From contig JAQGDQ010000334.1 of the NCBI GenBank assembly GCA_030141605.1, positions 124,001 through 188,000 of the forward strand: 64,000 bases of DNA, read 5' to 3'. Position 1 is the stretch's first letter, and the number at the start of each line of letters is the position of its first letter. Origin of the DNA: Tubiluchus corallicola (Eukaryota > Animalia > Priapulida). This document shows, piece after piece, positions 13,038-38,030 of this stretch. A program made the translations under genes and the position numbers. The notes under the pieces were generated by a model. The model worked only from the letters and a program-made list of their open reading frames with translations. It was not told the DNA's origin and made no database searches.

Positions 13038-16000
13038 ATTGCTGAATACCTTAACACATGACTAGATCTGAAATAAAATAAAAACAATACACTAGTGGCC
13101 TCTTTACTTAAAACTACACAAAACATTGTTTAAAACAAAACTTTGAGTAACTAATTTCAAAATGAAGTATCTGTATTAAATGAACACAGCTAACACAAAA
13201 CAGATGTGTGTTTCCTAAGAAAGAAACAGTTTCAGCATTTGTGCACGTGCCAATATCATGAACCGAAGGACAGGATTTTGAGACAGACTTTCAGACCTAC
13301 CAAGGGCAAAGGTTAAGAAAAGGTTAAAAGCAAGCCAGCCAGAGATCTTGTAAATATGAAGGGATACTGAAAATGCGACCAATCAACTGCCATAACTACA
13401 AATCTGGAGACGGACTTAAAAAGTTAAAAAAATGTTAATAATGCTCAAGAGACTCCAAGCATTGCATACTTAGCAAGACCACAAGGTTTCAGAGAACAAG
13501 CAACAGTTTTATTAGTAAATACTAAAAAAAATCCCCTTTATTAAAAAACTAGATCACAAGCACGACTGGAGGCAGACTGACCGAGAGACAAGCTGACTAA
13601 CAACTAAATGACCCCTGAAGTTTAATATTAATCGCACACAGTATAGTCTATTTTTAACAACTAACACTAGCACAAGAATGACTTTTCACGGAAATAGATA
13701 ATATTATAAATAGCATCTGATGTGACTTAAAAGGCAGCATACATTATGACTGTGATAAATATAACTTGCGTAGGTTAGAGAAACAGTAGCTCCTTAAATG
13801 GATTTTTATATAAAAAAGATTTAACATGTACATGTTATACGCTACCCTCCTCCCCTCTAGTTACTGGCCCTTCATAGCTTCTTGCGTATTTATTGTAAAA
13901 TACACTGAACTTATCTATGGCGCAAGACACGATTAAAGTCAATGACCTAACCACCAAGCTGGTGTGTCTTAAACTGCTAACTAGGTACACCAAGCAAACA
14001 AAAAAGGTGCACGACGCTGCAGCTATTTATATATTCAGCAAGTGGGCTATAAAGTATATATATTTTCTCCCTTGTACGTTCTAGGACACTGTTCCCAATT
14101 TCATCTCTTTACGACCAAATAAACTCCAATGATGCTGCCAAGTTAGTCATGAAAACTAACACAATACCGGCAATATTCAGTAGTAGTTATTTCTAAGATA
14201 CAAGTTTCTAAGGTCGATTTCAATTTTCAAACAAGCGTTATTTGTAGAACTGGTACGTTACAACCGAAAAATAAATTTTATTTAAAATAATTTCCATTAA
14301 GGTGAATTTTTTAATTCCATAATTTCTTTAAATATTCAGCAGCTTAGACGATAATATTTTGAAACCAAATCTTAAGTTTTTAAAAGACGAACAAATTTAT
14401 AGCACAATTTGCTCCCATTTTAAAACAATAATTTTTTTACTTATTTACAGAGCAGATTTAAAATGGATTTCAGTTGATACCGCGATACGTCGATACATTT
14501 GAGCCGATACATCCTGACATAAACTTTGTAACACATAATTAAATAAAACTAGAATTTCTTTAATTCAAAACTTTGTGATAAACTTCTCGTAAGCTGAGCA
14601 TAATATATTCACAAGGGACTTTAATAGTTCAAATGCGTTCTATTTTGAGCACATTTGCCTAGTAACAAAGCAACGCTATGACCGATCAATCGAGCGAGAG
14701 AAACGAGGCCACCGCAAACCGCTTAGTATTTTATGCATCGCCGAATCATTTGAGCTTACAAAGAATAGAGATCCCTCAGTTCAAAGCGATCAGTTCAACT
14801 AGGCCTGCAAGCTGTCACTGTGAAGCAAACCAAACCAGCGTGTTCACAATTATAATCAACTCTGCAAATGAAAAGTTCGAGATTTCAGATAAAATATACA
14901 TCACACGCCACCGGTCTGCGCTACGTTTGTGCTCACTGTTAAAAACTACCCAATCTATCAATAATTGATAACCAATTGAACTACATAATGAACGTTGTAT
15001 TAGACTAGATTAAATTTATTACGTTAAAAGCGGTCACATAACAGTTAACAGCAATTTTTATTAAGACATATTATATTACTGAGTATAATAAGTGCAAATA
15101 TTTCAAACGAAAGACAGATTTTTAGAAAGATCTAGATTCTATACTAAAGTTCAATACTAAATATCTTAGGATTAGGGTTAAGGCTAGACTCATTTCTTTT
15201 TTCCTGTCACTTTTTTACCTGCAGCTTTATTACCTGGATTTACCATAACACATACAAGAAACGATAAAATCTTGTTTTTCATTCAAATTCCCGTTCGAAG
15301 CTTTCTTTATGCTTGATTATTACATGCACGTAGTCACGCACGCACATGTATATTAGCCGAATGTTTAAACTACATGCCCTGAATGATAATAAATTAAATT
15401 TTTCAAAATGTAGTATGATACATAATCGAAATGCAATGTGTCGAATTGCCAATAATTGTGATTGCAAAAAATATATAGTCTACTAGCCTTCTTAATTAGC
15501 AGTCTAGAAAAGCTAGTCGCAACTATTAATTTCACTAGTGAAACGAAATTAATGGCGTTTAAAATTCCATGTTAATATCAAAAACAATACACAAAAGTGA
15601 TATTCCTGAAAGGAATACTGTAAATTTTGAAGACTGCTGAAAGCAAAAGAAAAACAAAATTTGTTTGGTGAATTATTGTGTTTATGGTTATTTGCTCAAT
15701 AAAACAGGTTGCGATTTTCCTTATTTTGCTTATCAAACAGGAAACAATATGCGCAAGGCCGCTGCTACGCGTCCATTTAAACGGTTAAACTCTGAATAAC
15801 CTTGCTACAGCTGACAAAGCCTGTTGATTGCACAGTGAGGCTTCCTATTGGCTGGCGGTACACCACACCCCGCGTATCAGCTGTTGTTGTTGTCAACCGC
15901 GATGCTCCAGCAAAAAATAAACTTTTTCTAAAACAGGAACTGATTAAGTGTTTTTCTGGAGAATGTGTGCTTGTGAAAAGATTGCTGCTGGACATTTTGA

Positions 16001-16875
16001 ACATGAGCCATTTTTAAAAGCTGCTTTTACCGAGAAATTTTAAAAAGCAGTGAATATTGATGCTGCCAAAAAGTGCAGTTGTGCATACGGTAAAAATACC
16101 GTAGAAATAGTCAAATAATAAAGATAATTTTTTACAGTCATGCTACATTGGTTCAAGAAACACAATGTTTTGAAAATGTTTAATTGGCTGACTGACCGAT
16201 TTAATATGAAATGAAGTCAAACTTCGGAAGTTAGCATACTATTATTAATCCGTGTTTTAGATAAATTTAGCAATACTAGTTTTTTTTTATCTAGTCACTT
16301 CCGTTCTATTTGTTTATTGGCGAGTTTAGAAGTAACATTGGTACACGTGATCCATAGATTTTTTGTAAGACGCAACTTTACTAGTCAAACTCTTTATGCA
16401 GCCACCTCAGAATTGGTAATTTACTGGTAACTACCATATGGCAACATTGTCATGTAACTAAATTAGTAAACTACATAAATTGTACGAACGTCGTAGCTTA
16501 AATACTATGAAACTACAAGCTACATTCAATGAGAGTGGCGCGCTCAATGACAACTATTGGAGTACATAGGGACAGTTTATTAAGAATTTGGAAGCTAAAC
16601 CGGAAGGAACCGGAATCCCGTAGTACCGCCCTGTGAGTGAACTCAGAAACCCTACACACATGAACTTGCAGCAGCATCAGCACCGCAGTGTAACTAGGTC
16701 AAGACAAGAGCCTAGAATGTTGCAAACTAGAACAAACCTCGTCTACATGCTAAGTCTGTAAAAGAACCCAGCCAACGTGCGTCATAGACCAACTTTTATA
16801 AGACTGTGGAAACAAACTGAGCCTAAAAAACTTTCAGCAGCTGCCCCAACCTGCCGGTAACAAAACGTTCCTTTG

Positions 16876-16985
16876 AAAATGCAATAAAATAAAATTCTTA
16901 CTAGAATCACTCGGCGGCAAAACAAAACATAAAAATGCAATAAAATAAAATTACTAGAATCATTCGGTGGTAAAACAAAACAAAA
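16876..16985. repeat. Two-copy tandem repeat (~55 bp)
   Basis: aaaatgcaataaaataaaatt..actagaatca(c/t)tcgg(c/t)gg(c/t)aaaacaaaac twice. Confidence 0.75.
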
Positions 16986-17960
16986 AGATGAGAAAAAATA
17001 CAACAAAACGGCTTTTTTTGTCATGAAGTACAACTAAAGTAACGTGGACCAGACTTATGCAAGTGCCATTACGTTCAACAAAAACCATACGTACGTATGT
17101 AGTAACAATATCAGAATAATGGATGCAGATTATCAATTAGATTCCAAGCAAGCTTAATAAAAATGTTCGATTTAGTTAAATGAATTTCTCCTGTATAGGA
17201 GAATTTAATTTAATTAGTAAAATTGGTGAAAAAAATTGTAGGTAAAAACAGTTTAACTAATTAAATGATGCTACATATATCATTTTAGCCTTTTACGTTA
17301 AAATATTTTTTGACAATGAATAATTCAACGCAAGCACAAAATGAAACGATAAACGGTTAGCAAGGCAGGTAGAAGGCCTTCTGGCAATACAGTTAGCCAT
17401 TAACTGTACAGCTAGTCTAACTGCCTTACGGATATTATACAGTACTTAATAGTACTGAATGAGTCAACTGGTGTAGGTTGACAGCATACGCCAAAACTTA
17501 CACGCAGTGCATTTACTAAAGTGTTAATAAATAAAAGTTATAGCAACCTATAAAAACAAATTAATGAACACATTTTTACAAAAACAATCATGTACACAAA
17601 CAATCTTCAAATGAAGCTGTTGAGCATAAAATTATAAAAAAATATAAGGTGCTTCAATGTCTAATGCAACATCGAGCAAAAAGTAATACAAAGAACCTAA
17701 CTATATGTATAATATTACTATTAAATCGTATTCCTATCTTGATGTCCCAAATTTTAACTGTTAATACAGAAGAGCATATTTAGCTGGAAGCCAAGACTAA
17801 GCACTCAGCGAAAGGATACACTTAGTGCACAGGTAGTTGTGGCAGGACCAAAATCTATGTCATTATGAAGGCCAGAATCCTTTAAGATGGCTGGACCAGC
17901 AGACATAGCTTGGTTACATTCACATTCATATTATACATCCTCCCTCAAATGAACAGCACT

Positions 17961-18816
17961 TGGTAGGTAAAATGGCACAGGAAAAAATGGTACAGGTAAA
18001 ATAATGCCAGAAAAAGTGGCACACTTAGTAATATATGTATAGTATATAGGGTATAATATAATATAGGGTTGCAGTGAGGTATAATTATTTTAGTTATTTT
18101 TACCTTTGCCAAGAAAGTTATGCTTCAACACAGTTTGTTTGTTTAGCTGTTTTTGTCTGTTATTGCAGTAAGCCTATTATACAAAAACTATCTAACAGAT
18201 TTCCAAGAAACTTTGTGAAGAAAAGTGGTACAGAGTGCCAAAATGGGAATCTTTTTGCCAATTCTTTTTTTTGTAAAACTTGACCGAACACCACTTACAA
18301 AACTGTTCATGAAGCACTTCATGGAGGTTTCAGAGGTAGTGTTCAGTACTTCTTTTTTGTTATCTGCACCAGGACTCACAACTGTGAGTTAGTTCCAGGT
18401 TCCATTTCGAAAAAACCTGGCTTGTAAAACTGTCTAAAACCTTTGCTTATTAATGCATATAACATACAAGTGACTTGGTACGTATATATTTGTCAGTCTA
18501 TAATCGCCGCCACCGCCAAAATTAACGGTGAAAAAGGTAGATAAACAGTATGTGGAACATTCGTGCATTATTGATTACAAATCCATTTAATGAACAACAT
18601 TTTGTGAGTCTTTTGCTAGTCTATATAATACCTGTACATTTTTGTATGTTTGCTTGTTTATCTTTGTGTTAAACTTTGTGTTCAATTTTTTGAATCAAAA
18701 GAATCAGACGAATAAGATTAGGATTGTTTGGCTTTAGCAGGAATCTGCTTCCTACTAGCATTCTAGTTTTATTATAGAAATCAAATGCATCAAAACATGT
18801 GTGCCATTTTTACCAT
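17961..18816. mobile_element. Probable non-autonomous DNA transposon (Mutator-like) with repeated subterminal motifs
   Basis: Left end has ggtaaaatggcacagg-like tandem motifs; right end has the inverted gtgtgccatttttacc. TSD not resolved. Confidence 0.4.
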
Positions 18817-18997
18817 TCATTTAATGACCAGGCTTAACTCAGATTGCAGAGTGGTAACTGGTTGAAGTGTCTTAAAACTAATGTAGGTCTAACTCGAAAC
18901 ACATAAGTCCATAATTTTTCAGTTTAAAGAATTTGCCAACTTGTGATAAGCATCGTATCGACTATTTTTCTTCAACGACAAACGGGCCCAGTAATAG

Positions 18998-19115
18998 AAT
19001 CCAAATACAGCCTGACTATTGAAAATACAATGTAGCATCCAAACATAGCCTAACTATTGCAAATACAATGTAGCATCCAAATATATATAGCGTAACTATT
19101 GCAAATACAATGGCT
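18998..19115. repeat. Three-copy ~36-40 bp minisatellite
   Basis: atccaaa..agcct(g/a)actattg(a/c)aaatacaatg repeated three times. Confidence 0.8.
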
Positions 19116-19690
19116 TAACCAAACAAAGCCACAGCTGATGCACAGCCTGCCTAGCCTAGCGATGAACAAAGCCTGTTGCTAAGGACTTTTAGGTAACCAC
19201 GTTAACTTTAAATATGTGTGAACAGCGGATAGTTGGGATCGCTGTTATTATTGAACATGTGCAGCCAGTGCAAAAACAATAATTCTGAAATTAATTATAA
19301 TGGCTGCATCACAGTAGGCTGAGTTTCTGAATTACGAACAACAATGTATACTTTCCGAAACCCAGAATAAAGCACGTTAAAGCGGGTAAATTAGTACAGT
19401 AACTATTGGAATCTACATACCAGGCACCAAAGCACCAACCCAGTAAAATTATTCAAATTCCTGATGGCAATATGCACGACGCATAAGCAAGTTACCAACT
19501 TAAAATAGACATTGACAAACTAGTGAGAGTATTTTACAGTACTATTGACTAAATATCTATTATCACTGTTATTCATATCACAGCACTAATAATTAATGAT
19601 TATCAATGATGCATTAAGTCACATGTAGCCCATATCTAATGTAAAAGAATCTTAGCCGAAATGAAGTAAAGCTACGAAATAACCTCTTAC

Positions 19691-19860
19691 CTTATTCTAT
19701 TAGCTACAAAGCTTCCAGACTCCAAGCCTAGGGATGGAGCGGCTCCCTAGACATCAGCAAACGACCGAAAAACTTCGGCCACTCATAACAAATTGAGGAA
19801 ATTAAACTGAGATAAAGAAATCATACATCAACTCATCGTACTATGCTGAGCAATACAGCT
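19691..19860 (-). other. Probable non-coding first exon of the MARCH gene
   Basis: Strong donor AAG|GTAAGA at 19691/19690, same strand as the unpaired acceptor before 13067, and adjacent to a promoter-like motif cluster. 5' end is an estimate. Confidence 0.55.
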
Positions 19861-19980
19861 TGTGACTAGCAGCTGAGCGGTCACGTGACTAGGTCAGTGG
19901 CGTGGTGTGATCTTCTGCGCAAGCGCATAACGTGCTTGTTGGTAAACCAAGAGGCGGATGACGAAATATTGCGTAGTATT
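19860..19980 (-). promoter_or_regulatory. Probable MARCH promoter with palindromic GTCACGTGAC (CLEAR/USF E-box) and NRF1-like TGCGCAAGCGCA
   Basis: GTCACGTGAC at 19880-19889, TGCGCAAGCGCA at 19916-19927, ATGACG half-CRE near 19958; locally GC/CpG enriched. Confidence 0.6.
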
Positions 19981-20299
19981 AACTCAAGTAGGGTTAACTG
20001 CACGCTAAAAATTATTTTAAAATCGCCGAAAGCCTGGGCATTTAATCTTTAGACATTTACAATTAATAAAATTACAGGAATAGATAGTAGAGCCTAGGCC
20101 TAGGTTAGTTATTAAAGTTTTTAATCAGATGGCAAATAAAAGATGCAGATGATAGCAGGCAAATTTCTAAATACCTTTTTGGACAAAGTATTAAACTTCA
20201 TATGAAACGCAGTCTAGTGCGCAGCAAAACTGATATGATTTGTGAGTAAAAATTTTTGAATTAAACGATTAGCTTAAATCCAAACTGTAACGTCAAAAT

Positions 20300-20560
20300 A
20301 AAGTATGGCGAGGTCGAGTAGTCACTGTGTGTGCTTGGTGACCGAGTTAAACAATGCTAAGCCTGGTCAGTAGGTGGACGAGAAACAGGCTGATTCAATA
20401 CTCGTTCTGGGCTGTTACACCTGCCTACCCACTTCAAAGTGGCTAGTGTTTCATCTTAGAGGATTATCCTTGATAATGGGATAGATTCCTGTCCCACCAG
20501 AATCTTTACTGAGTGGGTTCTGCCACTGAGTGCTCAATCCCAGTGGATAAAAACAATTTA
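20300..20560 (+). mobile_element. Putative SINE containing a 5S rRNA-derived segment
   Basis: accgagttaaacaatgctaagcctggtcagtaggtggacg...aatac aligns by eye with the 5S internal control region (CCGAAGTTAAGCA...GCCYGGTTAGTACTTGGATGG...GAATAC). A-rich end near 20550. Confidence 0.5.
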
Positions 20561-21754
20561 TTATTAAGTAATTATCAAAATTATTGTGTTAAGTAATTAA
20601 GGTTATTAAAGCAGTTTAAATTTAGCAGTTTAGTTAAGAACTTATCCAGTTTTTAGAGACCATGGATATTTGTTGCAGTTCTCACATTAGGCCTCCTATA
20701 CTGCTGCAGTAAAGTATGTAGGCAGTACTGTGTAGATACTTCTCGATGTTCCTTCTGATGCTTCTCCTGATGCTCCTGCGCTAGTGTTCTGTGGCTTTGT
20801 TTACTCACTTTTGTTGAAAACAATTAAAATAATGAAAGAGCACGAAGTTTCAAACCACCACCGTGATTTGCCACCACGTAAAATGGAAAAAGATCAAAAT
20901 CACACAAAGTTAACATCAGTAATTTTTAAAGCATCAAACATGAACCCTGCTGTAGTACATAAACCTTCACAAACCTGAGTATATACAGCGGTGAAATGTA
21001 ATTAGACAACCAAATAATATCAGTAGGTCAAGAAAGCTTTGTTGGAATTAATTCAGATCCTGGACTCCTGGCTGATAAACGTACTCTCAGTTGCCTTTCC
21101 ATTGGCAAAACAAGAGAACTCATAATCTCATTTTCAGGTTGGAGTCAAGTATGTCTTGTGAATTCTGTTTCTGTTTCTAGGCTTTTCCCCGCCTTTTTAT
21201 TTGATGCGACATGTTGTGCTTTTTCGTTGCGATATTTTATTATCACTGTTGTTATTTTTAAGAATTTGTGTTATTGCTTATTCACATTATAATTGATGTT
21301 TTACATTCATCTTTTAACCAACTGAGAGCATCAATAGCTGGCGAGGTTCGCATGTTACGTTTGGGCTGAGCTGTGCTGTGTTTGCGTGATAAGATATGCT
21401 GAAACTTTCGCGATTACAGCGCCGCTCAGTGATCACATGGAGAAGGTTAGTTGGTAGAAAAACGAAGCGGTATAGTGCCCGGCATTATATTTGAAGACAT
21501 GGGGAGAAATGTAAAGAAGTGCCTAAGTTATAATAAATTTCTTTTCAATAGTTACGAATTTGTTAGTTCTACAAACTGCAACATCAGCAAATACAGAAAT
21601 ATTAAACTACATGTGTTAGCATCAGCAAATACAAATACTAATTGAGCGTAACTTTATACAATACGCACACTGGCTGTCGGATTAATGGTTTGTTTATGAA
21701 TCGCCCTTCTTTTGCTGACGATAATTGTTTAATCTCTTATACAGTAAGATCAAC

Positions 21755-24445
21755 GAAACAATACTTAAATAAATTGTGGACAACTACCAAATCTAAACCT
21801 AATTATAATAATTATAAAAAAAGCGAGAAATTCATTTAATAATCTAAACAAATCTTTAAAAAACAAATATATACAGCAACAGTGTAATAATGCAATCTCT
21901 TCTAAAGATAAATGGGAAATAATTAACAATGTCATTAACAGATACAAAAACAAGCAAACCCATATCACGGAACTTATAATTGACAATAAAGTAATAAAGA
22001 AAACTAAAGACATTGCATATGCTCTTAATACTACTTTCATTAATTTGGGAAATTTCTGCTGGCCATCTAATCATAATAGTAACTACAGCAACATAATTTC
22101 GAAATTAAAAATGGAATTAAATACTAACACAACTTTTTCGTTCTCCACCATTACCACAAATGAAATATTTAAAATCTTAGTTAAACTAGATATTAACAAA
22201 GGTAGTTAATAGGTACATAAAATATAGGTTAATAAAATATAACAAAGGTAGATAAGCCCATCTGAAATACCCATGAAGATATTAAAGGGTAGCGCCAATA
22301 TAATAGCACCTCATGTTGCCTACATTACAAACCAAATGATCATACGCAGTGAATTCCCCAGTATTTGTAAGCAACCCAATGTAACACCAGTCCACAAAAA
22401 AGACTCATCAAGTGACCCTGTTAATTTACCGGCCTATATCCGTCGTTTATTGTTTTTGAAAAATTTTGGAAAAAGTACTATATGAACAAATGAATTCATG
22501 TATAAACGTTAACAAGATACTTAATAAACATCAATTTGGTTTTAGACGAAAACACTCTACTACTGATGCCATCATACATGCAATTGAAAACTGGAGATCA
22601 AACTTAAATGAAAATAAATATATTGTAGCAGCATTTTTAGACTTAAGTAAAGCCTTTGATAGCCTAGACCACAATCTTTTGGAAGACAATGTAAAATCAT
22701 TAGGATTTAATACAACTTCATTAAAGCTCATTAACAGTTACTTGAGAAACAGAAAACAAAGAGTTAAATTATCTACAAATACCGTCTCACAATGGCTAAC
22801 ATTACAGCAGGGCATACCACAAGGCACACTTTTGGGTCCCCTACTTTTCTGTCTTTATGTTAACAATATATCTAAAACACTAACACATTGTAATATAACA
22901 CAGTATGCTGACGACACAACTAGGCCACGAAAATCTAGCAACAGCTCAACGACTTTTAGAACAGGACATCGCAAACATTAACATAGCATTTACACATTTA
23001 AAACTCAAATTAAATAGCACCAAAACAAATTTCATGGTCCTTTCCCCGTTCTCAAATGACAATATAAGTAATACTTCACTAAAAGTTGAAAATAGCATAA
23101 TACAACAGAAAAACAATGTAAGTTTTCTTGGTATCTATGTAGATAACAAACTTTCTTGGAATAACCACTTTAATCAAATTTACGATAAAATGGCATGCGG
23201 AACGTCTTACTTACGGCAGGTAAAAGCTCAACTAACTAAACAGACAAAGTTGTTAATTTTTAAAACTCTCATTCTACCGCACTTTTTATACGGTTGCACA
23301 CTTTTTCATGACGTTTCAAGAGACAGCTATAACAAACTAAATAGTCTTCAAAATTATGCATTAAGATTAGTCGCTGGCTATTCAAATAAAACGTCCCTCA
23401 TAACAAATCAAACCTCTGCAACAGAATTAAGAACAATGTTTAAAATCCCAATTTTACAAGCACACAAAGACTTCTACACAATCCTGTTTTTATATAAATA
23501 CATCAACAATATTAACACGCCCTTCATCAAAAATAAGCTTCCACTCCTCTTGGAGCCAACATTAAATGCAAGAACACACAATATTAAACTACTACGCACT
23601 AATAACAAATACGGCAACAATTCTATCACTTTGGGAGTTCAACTTTGGAATACCCTGCCATCAAATTTAAAACAAATCAAATCTTTGGACGAATTCAAAT
23701 CAAAATTAAGAATACATACATTAAATCGTTTTGAAAACCGAACATACGTAAACGATAATATTGAGCTGAACAGGTGAAAGTGCATTATACAGTTCTATTC
23801 ATAGGCACCAGGCCAGCCGACCTACAGGTAATGTTATGACCTCCACTTTAAACTAAGAAGCCCATCACATTACCCGCGATTGATTGAGCAATGGTTTCCT
23901 GTGGAAAGAACGACCACGTGACATCGTCAGTTGTCTTTTGGTTGTCGTGGAATGCACTTCTCCTGTCTGCCTGCCGAGTGTCGTGGATTCCGTAAGGTTT
24001 GAAGCATTGTCATCAGGTTTTGTTTTTTCTATTGTGTTGTTCTTCTTAGCCGTCCCTTTTGAATTCTAAGTTTTGGTTTTGTTGTTTCTTTTGTTTAAAT
24101 TTCTGGAGTGTCCGTTATGCAGCGCTTACCCACATCACCGATGGCGGGCCGTAAGGCTATCTACCGGGTCGGTCGAACCTCGGAACAATATATATTCATC
24201 CACAAATTTTATTTACCCACGTCCATTTTAAATTATATGTATATATTGTATATAGTCTATTATAATTTGCGTCTAATATTATAATGTATATTTTGTTTTA
24301 AATTTTTGGCACAGTTTTTAGTTTGCACTGGACGCATTTGCCTTTAACAGTTGTGTGAATTTTATTCTCATGCTGCGATGTTCTTTTATGCTTTTATAGT
24401 TATGAATATCGACTTTTTTATGGCAAATAAAGATTATATATATAT
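21755..24445 (+). mobile_element. 5'-truncated LINE (CR1/L2/Crack group), RT ORF2 disrupted by frameshifts
   Basis: ORFs 22273-22485, 22466-22981 and 22905-23777 carry VTPVHKK, HQFGFRRKHST, FLDLSKAFDSLDH, GIPQGTLLGPLLF, QYADDT, FLGIYVDNKLSW and LWNTLP. AATAAA and TA-rich tail near 24426-24445. Confidence 0.92.
23832..24187. mobile_element. Candidate solo LTR inserted in the LINE 3' region
   Basis: GC-richer 356-bp block bounded by TGTT...AACA; no clean TSD. Confidence 0.35.
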
Positions 24446-24748
24446 CCGTTAGGTACATATCGTAATTTGGTTGGTGATGGTTAATAAGTGCTATGTATGT
24501 TTATTTTCTTCTTTGCCTCTTATGTCATTACAACTTATTACCATTGCTTTTAGTCGGTGCTTTGTGGTTTCACCGGTTTTTGATTGGATTTGATTGGTGT
24601 AGATGTAGCAACCAGTTTGCAATGTAAACGTAATGGAACAGAGAAGTATTCTGATCCAGTAGCGAAAACGATTTGAAGTAGTAAAAAATTTCTATAGGGT
24701 TATTACAGAGCTGTGTTAGAGACTTCAATTTGATGAAGCTAATGCATT

Positions 24749-25005
24749 ACCAGACGGGTTAGTCTAGTGGTAATGCTTCTACTTTCCGTCTGAGAGGTCG
24801 TCTGAGCGGCCGGGTCATATCAAAAACTTCAAAAATGATACCTGCTGTTGCCCTGTCTGAGGCGTGGTATTTAGGGTAAAAGTGGGGTAATAATAGTCTC
24901 TGTTATGTAGTTGCAAGTTGTTATTTATAGTCGGCGATAATAGCTCTTTGAGCTAATGTTAATTGTTACCCAAAAACCAACTTTAAATAAAGATTATTAT
25001 TATTA
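24749..25005 (+). mobile_element. tRNA-derived SINE (Meta/MESC-like core), copy 1
   Basis: A-box tagtctagtgg; core ggccgggtcata.caaa.actt.aaaaatg.tacctgctg.tgccctg; aataaaga(tta)n tail; second copy at 58672-59029. Confidence 0.8.
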
Positions 25006-25029
25006 TACCGCGAAGAAGAAGAAGAACGC

Positions 25030-25230
25030 CCTCGCTAATCGCATCTTATGGCGTCAGTTTTAACTGCTCTGTTGCAAGTCCCACAAGGATACTTAAGCTT
25101 TCGGTCACTAGGGCCTGGATTTAAATCTAGTTGACCACTAAACAGCAACGTCAGTAATGTACAATTGCTAGGTTTTGAATTCACTATAAGAGCGCATTGC
25201 TTACATTCTCGTATTACATCTGGAACCAAA
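25030..25230 (-). mobile_element. LINE ORF N-terminal fragment with 2A-like NPGP peptide and start of a PHD finger
   Basis: LLTLLFSGQLDLNPGP followed by YPCGTCNRAVKTDAIRCD. Confidence 0.7.
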
Positions 25231-25615
25231 ATGTACTAGGGTTTTTTACGTTTTACAATTAAGGAAAGAAAAGCTGGTTTGCAAAAAAAGTCTAATAGTG
25301 ACTCATTGTGTGACCTTTATAAGATCCTTTTAGTCTGTGGTCGGTAGAGAGTAAAAATTGTCCCATTTTATTTTTGTGGGCTTATATTACTGGACACATG
25401 AAGACTAATATTGCAGCTTATAATACCTGCTAATAATAATAGTCAAGTACCGCGTGTGAAGGGACAGGTGTGATGGACATATCAAGATGATACAAGTCAG
25501 ATAACACACATAAATTATGATCTGGTACAAAAACAAACTGTCACAGACGTTTTAGTTAGCAATAGTATTCCAGCTCTTCTTGCACAGCTGCTTGCAAAGA
25601 TTTTTTTTTGAAATT

Positions 25616-38030
<12,415 letters not shown>

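Noticed and set aside
12555-13065. Plus-strand ORFs overlapping MARCH exon 1
   Set aside because: Antisense shadows of a real coding exon.
20340-20420. Functional 5S rRNA gene
   Set aside because: The 5' third is missing, it has many substitutions and there is no oligo-T terminator; treated as a derived repeat.
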